A DNA stretch of 64,000 nucleotides from Amoebidium appalachense (Eukaryota; Protista; Ichthyosporea). Positions 11,827 through 64,000 of this stretch are shown here, piece by piece. Numbering within the stretch: the stretch's first letter is position 1; every line of letters starts with the position of its first letter. The stretch lies in NCBI GenBank assembly GCA_963693365.1, contig CAVNZM010000001.1, forward strand, positions 10,008,161-10,072,160, read 5' to 3'. A model generated the notes under the pieces. It was not told where the DNA came from and searched no databases. It saw only the letters and a program-made list of their open reading frames with translations. The position numbers and the translations under genes are program-made.

Positions 11827-12260
11827 CTGGGGGTAGAAGGGGACGGCAAGGGGTTCAAAGAATGGTCGCTGAGAGGTGCGCTGCTACAGGGGTGAGAAGT
11901 GTCGTGCACATTATTCAGCAAAAATCAATATGGAGGGCGACCCATGGCCCTGTTTGCATTGACGTGCCATATCATGTTCCATGTCATTGACACCAACGTG
12001 TTCAAAAGGTGTGGTCGCCCAAGAAAATGAATGAACACCTTCCGAAAACCGTACACATCAAGTTTTCGGGTTTGATTGTGGGACAAAAACAGGGTTTCAT
12101 GCAGTGCCACACTTTTCGAATACTGCATGGTGTATTTTTTTTATATATTAGTTGTTTTGAGAGCGAATTCCTTGTAACAGTTGGAGTCCCTGAGCCTAAG
12201 CCAGAGAAGAAAACAAATGGTACGGCTAAAGGGATGCCTTAAACACAAAACCTGAGCTCG
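7575..12260. repeat. Four diverged copies of a 250-400-bp unit (~7575-7895, 8645-8890, 9830-10235, 11860-12260)
   Basis: Collinear shared blocks ctgctac / ttcagca / gagggcgac / atgacaggcac / ttgattgtgggac; each copy starts just after a G-rich tract. Confidence 0.85.
7950..8350. mobile_element. Possible hAT-like non-autonomous transposon remnant
   Basis: Begins tagggctgggc (hAT-type terminus) and carries many gcagaata/tattctgc motifs in both orientations. A second TIR and TSD were not found. Confidence 0.35.
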
Positions 12261-12952
12261 AGGGGCAACATCAACATTGTCTAGATTTCGTGAAATTGCA
12301 CAAAAAAACAAACAAACAAACAAACAAAAAAAACCATCAAAGTAAGACTTAATTATACGTGACCATGCATATGGTAGTGTTTACTTCCAACTCCGCACAA
12401 GTATGATCAAGAAAGGTGCAAAAGGGCATATATATATATATCAGCAACGACTCCGTGTAGTTTTCTCCTCGTGAAACTCACGAGTGTTGGGTTGTGGGAA
12501 GAAAGAGGGACATACGGGCTCAAGAGTGAACCAGCAGCATTTATATAATCTTTATTCATTATCATAATTACTCATTGTTCTAGCTAGAGACAAATGAAGA
12601 GGCATCACCGGACCCCCCGGGCGGTGCTGTTCCTAAATTTTAGAGGAGATTTTTTTAACATTCAACAAAGGTTTGTTATTTGAATCACATTCACGACCCC
12701 CCCCCCCCCCCCCCCCCCCCTGCCCCCCTCCCTCCATCCCACCCCACCTTTCATCTGTGACATATAGGAACTGAGTTTCCCCTTGATTGTTAAGAACCAA
12801 AGACCACTTCATGCCAATTATCGTTAAGGACTTTAAAATAGAAAGGAGCAGCTCAGCAGCATACATTCATCATCACTCACCACCGAATCAAAAGTCAAAG
12901 TTAATCAAATTTAAGTTTAAAAACATATTTCAGTTGCCAAAGCTTTCAAGCC

Positions 12953-25428
<12,476 letters not shown>

Positions 25429-26666
25429 CTTCTCGACGCTTCTACACCCTGCTTGGGTGGTCCGTTATAGTTTTTTTTGCATTAAGAAACCCATATCATA
25501 TGTATCAGATTCGTGTTCGCTTATTACTGGTCAGGAGGGAATAGTGCTTGGGAGCTGTGTCGGAGCGTTCACTCAAGTCACGGTTGTGTTCAGAGATAAC
25601 CGTAAAAACCAGGAGGCGTGTAGCGCAGTGAGAGGTGCCGGTTTTATGCGCACACTTCGTGACAAAGCATCACTAGATCTTATTCAGCTTTTTATAAGGC
25701 CGTGAAAAATGTATTAGTGTTATGAAAGTTGCTTTCTAGAGTGAAAGTGCAACTGATGGAAAAGTTCTAACTTGAGAAGGAGAGAAACAAAAGAAGTCCT
25801 ATTTTCACTGTGTGTGAAGTTTAAAAAAAAAGATATCGATCTTTACGACCGGATTTTACTATATCAGGTTTCCAAACATGCAAGCTACAATAAAACAGGA
25901 GTATCATAAACAAAAAGGTCACTTTTCATCTATATCATGTTGGCATTAGAATGTGTTTGTAACGTTCTCGTCACTCCCTATGACAGAAACTTTGTGGGAC
26001 GTTGCTGGGACTGTGGAGTGTGGGCCCCGGGGAAGCCAGAGAAAAAGGTTACGTAACCAGATCTAGATCGGTTGCGTTTGAGATAGGCTTAGTTATTCAC
26101 CAATCGTTACTCTTACAATCAAACCAAAAAGGATTAGATTTTCGCGCCTCGTGACAGTTATCCAATTGCAACTGACTCAGCTGTGTACGATGTATTCCGG
26201 ACTTCGAAATTTCTAACGGAATAATATGAGATAAATAAATACATCTATCTAAGTGTTTACGAGAAAAAGGTTCTGCACAAAAGTGGCACAAACATTTATG
26301 GAAAATTTAACCGCTTACGCGAATTAGTGAGGCCTTAGGTGAATAAAGCAAAATCATCTTATTTGCTCATGATCAAGCCCACACGTCACAAGTGCACGTG
26401 GTAGTCCTACATAGGCCAAGTGTCACTATTATAAGGTAGTTTCTGGAAACGGAAATGCTGCTTGAATTAGCAAGGTGATGGCGGATTTATTGCCTGAGTT
26501 GTACACATACACAAGAAAAAGTGTGCCGGTAGCAACCTACGTAGTGGCTAAAGAGTAGCCGTGTACTTATCTGCACATCCTTGCATGTGTCGTCGCACAA
26601 CCGTGTTACGCCGTGTCGTGACACAAAGCAACGGTTCCGCACTCTCCCTCTCCCTCCCTCTCTCTC

Positions 26667-26706
<40 letters not shown>

Positions 26707-26750
26707 CCCCCCCCCCCGCCCCCCCCTCTTCGTGTCTCTCTCTCGCCCCG

Positions 26751-26851
<101 letters not shown>

Positions 26852-27249
26852 GTTACACACGCGCGCGCGCGCGCACACGCACACATCACTTAACTTGGCT
26901 GTACGCTTGCCCCCGACCCACCTACCGAATTCGAACTGCCGACCGGTACCCAACTAACCCACACACCCACAACCAAGAGAACGAGCAGAAACCTGCAAGC
27001 ACATGGGCAGACATTGGCACACCGAAGCACATACGCAGGCACGCATACAAACGCGCACACTTATGTACTCATCCAAGCACACACGCAGCCGCAAGCCTAT
27101 TTTCACGCACCTGCATGCATGCACGTGCCCGCCCGCCCACATGCACAGACAGGCATGCACGTACCAAGCACACACGCAAAACTTCACACCCGGGCCATTG
27201 AAGGCTGACGTGTTCCTCTTCACAAGTTTTCCTCCTCCGTTGTTTCTAG

Positions 27250-27517
27250 GACCACGCGTGCTTACTGTGGCCGGCCCGTGGGAACTCGGCACTACCCAAA
27301 TGGGCGACCAAACCCCAGTCCTTAAACTACACTATGCGGCCGGACAGGAGAGTGTACAGGTTCTTCAGTTGTTGTATTTCGTTGCACGGGTCTTTTATTG
27401 CTCACTCTGTTGCAGCAGAATCTTGCTTCAAAAAGTGAAGTACCTAAGCGCTATATTAGGGACCGGTCGTCTTTGTTGCCAGCATGCGCAAAACATTATC
27501 TCTCCTCCCCGTCTCCA

Positions 27518-27550
<33 letters not shown>

Positions 27551-27831
27551 CCCCCCCTCTCCCCCTCCCCTCTCCACCCCCTTCCCCCCTCCCCTCCCTT
27601 CCTCCACCCTCATTTCCCCGTGCCCTCGACTTCCTTCGTCTGCAGGCATTCGCGCAGGCGCGAGGGAAAAGTCAAACGCAATATTTGTCAGCCGATGGGA
27701 ATATGGCTAGCTTCAACTTGCATGCCGTTCATGTTGCATGCTATAGGGCGATGGTTGGAAGAATAATAGCAGTCCCACTCCCAACGAGAGTCTATACGAA
27801 AAACACAAGAAATATCATATGGTCATCGTAA
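27250..27831 (+). other. Possible exons of a small gene or pseudogene (27250-27359, 27646-27831)
   Basis: Complex sequence bounded by AG/GT that can splice to PRVLTVAGPWELGTTQMGDQTPVLKLHYAAGQESVQ|AFAQARGKSQTQYLS...; no start exon or recognisable domain. Confidence 0.2.
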
Positions 27832-28791
27832 CGTTTTCCTAGAAACCATATGTATGCCCAACACGCCGCCACTGCTAACTTCAAATCGTTGCACTGCAGT
27901 GGAAGTGCATGCATATCATGCAGCTCTGCGCAAGAGTTGGAGGCTCACTTATCAGATGAAAATAATCCATAAAAGGCTATTTGCTCACCGTTGCGCCAAT
28001 CATAACACCTTTCTGCACAAAGCAGAAGACCGCGAGCCAATCAAAATACCCACGCAGTCACAAGGTCAAGTACAGGTGAGATAGACAAATGTACAACATT
28101 TGTTATCTATGATGCCTTTGGGCCCTCGATAAGAACTCTTATAATGACATGCATGGCTTCTCAATTTTTTCCGTGTGCGTCTGCTGTTTTTTATAAAAAT
28201 TACCTATCAGGGTTTTTCTAATTCATTTTATCCCTTTTTGTGTGTTTGCAAAGTTTTAGCATAGAGTATAAAGCTAGTACAGACTCTACAGAATCGGTAG
28301 ATACTTAAACCAATCTAATTTACGTGATGCTATATTTACACTGGATGACCCACAAGAGTTTTCTTGAGTTTGTTGGTTGTGCCGCTGACAGCTGAGCTCA
28401 CTGAAAGTGTGCTCACTGAAGTTGTGTGCGGCGTGCTGTTTGTGTGTGCCAACACTTCCGTGTGCGTGTGCGCGTTTATGTTCATATATGTGCGTGTGTT
28501 TTCCACAGTCAATACCTGTAAATACGTGTCGGTATTGTTGGCGCTCACATCCCTTGGAAACCAACTAAGTCCTCTTGGTAACATTCCATGTAACTACGTT
28601 CACACACGACTGCACAACCCTTTCACAGCTCGGTCGCTCCTCTTCTCTGTACTAATTAGTGTACTGAATCCCTGTCCGAACGCCTTTTCTGCAAAACGCA
28701 AATTCGTAGCTATGCTTCATTCTGTAAGCATTTCCAGGGCTAGATAACAGGTTTTAGAGAAGTATGGGAGGCTCATAGCTACACACTGCCT

Positions 28792-44157
<15,366 letters not shown>

Positions 44158-44569
44158 CAAATGGCGTCGCAGATTTAAATTTTATACTTTTTAATTGGAT
44201 TTATCTCTGTTGTCCCACTGGCCACGGGATATGATGAGGCGGCTTTCGGCCTCTGAACTTTCACAGCCGGGATGTTGTTTTTGGTACTTTCGTTTTTTTT
44301 TGTGCTTATTAATGCCTGAATTTCTGGGGGTTTTGTTTAAATCGACGAAAGTTTATAATACTTTGTTGTTGGTTCACTTTTGTATTCTGCTGATTGATCG
44401 ACGATAGTCTTCAGGGGGTTGCGTATAACGCTACCCGATAGAACGTCATAAGCAAGTGTGGGGATGGTGCGGGAATGGTTTTGTGCACACACACTCATAC
44501 AAACACTTGTCACGTGCACACACACACACACACATGTGCACATGCAAAGCCCACCTGTACACAAACAGT

Positions 44570-44669
<100 letters not shown>

Positions 44670-44816
44670 GTCACACACACACACACACACACACACTGTG
44701 TACACGCAGAAACACACACACACACTGTGTACACACAGAAACACACACAGACACACTGTATACACACACACACACACACACTCACACACACACACTCACA
44801 CTCACTCACTCATTCA

Positions 44817-44900
<84 letters not shown>

Positions 44901-45156
44901 ATTCTATTCTTTTTTGTGATAAATATTCATAAAAATCCATCGATCATAAAATCTAAGGTATTAAAAGAATGAAGTCGTGTGCAGCTACGATGCGCAGTAG
45001 CAGATTGGAGACACTGTACGGTGGTTCCAGCTATCTTAAAAATTAAACTTTAGGTGGCTTGTATTTTTCCAAACGCTTTTCCAAAGGGTAACGACCATCG
45101 GATGATGACCATAAGACAAGGGCACTCCGGCCCTGAACCCCCATCAAACTTCTCCC

Positions 45157-45203
<47 letters not shown>

Positions 45204-45274
45204 ACCCACCCAAAATCGATGATCTCCTCAAAAGCGCCGGAGCATGCATCACATCATGATCATGATGTCAGGCC

Positions 45275-45305
<31 letters not shown>

Positions 45306-45452
45306 AAGTTGAAAGAGGTGGGACCCCCTCTCCCCTGAGGGGGCCCGGGGCCCGGGGCCGACCTGATCAGCTTAGGGAAGGGCGGGGGGAGGGGGAGGGG
45401 GGGGGCCTCGGGGGAGGGGGAGGGACCCACCAACCCCTCCAAGCAGGTGGCC

Positions 45453-45499
<47 letters not shown>

Positions 45500-46212
45500 A
45501 CCCACCCGACCACCCACCCCGTGACCCACCCGCCCCGGCCCAACGAGCCAACTCATGATCAGCCTTTGACTTCGGCAACGCGTGCGCATGGCCCTATGGG
45601 CCGCGGCCCAGTAGGCACCCGGGCCCTTTGAGATCTGCCAGGATTCACAAGCTCCCCGATTGGCTATACCCGCATCATCCATACGTAACGACAGGAGATT
45701 AGCCTTATAGAGCGAAAGTTTGCAAAACTATTCCTCTTCGCCAATCACAGCCTTCACTCGCACATAGCACCGATCCGGCGCGGGCGCTGTCGCCGGTGCT
45801 CAGTTCTGTGGTATCGAATGGGCCACAGTGGAGCAGCGTCACTGCAAGCTGCCAGGCTCATGATCACTAAGTAACAAAGTTTTAGTATAAAGATAGTAGC
45901 ATAAAGATAGTAGCATAAAGATAGTAGCATTTCATGTAAAAGCCGACATTTTATCTTACGGCACACTCGATTTGACCGCCTAAAACGCGTATTTTCATGT
46001 GTTTATATGGAAGTATTGTGTGGTTTATGTCCAACCCACAGAGATGACAGGAGTGTGTAGCGGGAACTGAAGGACACCAGTTACAAGATTAGCAACAGGA
46101 GCTTGTGGCTCGTTATGAAAGGTGTAAAGTTTTGACCACAAGTTGATGTGGCAGATTGAGGTTGAAAAATTTAGGCGGAAGCATGAGTTAATACCCGTGT
46201 AGTTTGCTGAAC

Positions 46213-63002
<16,790 letters not shown>

Positions 63003-64000
63003 CGAATGGTAGGTGGGGAATAAAAATATTAATTTATGTACATACCCATGTAATTAGCATGATCATAGACACTGTGACATATTCAAGGGTGTTATGCTTT
63101 TCAAATGATTGGAGTGCTCGACTTTTGGTTGATTTATTAAACCTTTAATTGTGGGTTATTTTTTTTTTTTAAACTTAGTTTTTCTTTTAACTTATGTATT
63201 GACTTGTTTTTTTTGTGTGTGTTCGTTGTGAGTTTTCAACTGCTTCGACTCCTTCCTTTAAAGATATCGTCGACCGTCACGTTTTTTTTATTATTATTTG
63301 ATGGCGCACATTGTATGGCGATGCAAAAGAAAAAGGAGGAGGGGAAAAAGTGGAAAAAGACCTTTCCACAAATATTAGGCAAGGCACATCAGTGGCATGG
63401 ATGTGTACTGCGCGTGCGGTGACTGCAAAGGGTAACTGTTACACTGATAATAAAACGTATTTGTATTAAACGTATCCCGATAGTTAAGGCCCATATGATT
63501 ATATGATAATTATATTAATAGCTACAGGCAAACGTGTCTATGTGTGTGGCAGCGTACACTGTGCGTGTGTGACGGTGTGTGTGTGCAATTCTGCGCGTGT
63601 GTGGGTGTGTGCACGTGTGTGTGCACGTGCGTCACGGTACATGTTAATCAAGTATCCACAGACAGACTGAGTCCTCGTGTGTGTGTGTGTGTGCATGAAA
63701 TGTGCATGTGTGTGCGTGCGGTGTGTGTGTGTGCACGTGTGTGTATATGTGTGTGCGTGTGTACGTGGCTTTTTATAATGGATTGGCCGTGGTTTTGGAA
63801 TCCATGATAATTAGTTAGGCGTGACCACTTCGTACACTTGCCGCTCATAGGCTACTATTGTAGGCCTGAGGCTCTGGCTGGCAAAACTGAAAGCGTGCGG
63901 TTCAAATTTCACGCCCCGTGACCTCCGAATATTTTTGGACTTTACACGAGGGAGAGTCCAATCAGAAAAAAGACATTTAGACCCCCTTGAATCGGAAGAA

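Noticed and set aside
6148-12260. Stop-codon reassignment or selenocysteine (TAG in the FN3-like exon; shared TGA in the four repeats)
   Set aside because: TAG terminates ERCC8 and both paralogs normally. The repeats contain frameshifts relative to each other and I found no convincing SECIS.
45100-45140. C box (ATGATGA) and D box (CTGA) suggesting a C/D snoRNA
   Set aside because: Boxes are only ~35 nt apart, with no recognisable guide or terminal stem.
45887-45930. Three copies of ataaagatagtagc upstream of paralog B
   Set aside because: Short local duplication; a GATA-site role cannot be supported from sequence.

Overview
Eukaryotic nuclear DNA with GT-AG introns packed with (CA/GT)n, (GA/CT)n and poly-G/C tracts; nearly all low-complexity ORFs in the track are artefacts of these. 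The organism cannot be named from sequence alone. Contents: (1) 1-~2600, a compact intron-free island unlike the host: a 134-bp tandem array, two divergent ORFs (a small membrane protein and a protein with two C-C-C-H zinc-knuckle motifs), C-rich direct repeats and a 24-bp inverted repeat; possibly the end of an integrated viral or mobile element. (2) A two-exon AGC kinase gene. (3) A decayed FN3-like exon and four diverged, unexplained 250-400-bp repeats (7.6-12.3 kb). (4) A 13-exon ERCC8/CSA gene (minus strand) with a ~225-aa charged C-terminal extension. (5) Two tandem 14-exon paralogs of an unrecognised ~1050-1160-aa protein, each with a folded N-terminal domain and an acidic disordered tail carrying three copies of an RxxFLxxLGxxL motif. 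The most striking pattern is that six intronic minisatellites are tandem copies of the adjacent splice junction itself, and in each case the exon-proximal copy is the one that yields the conserved protein. All gene models were built by hand and lack RNA evidence.
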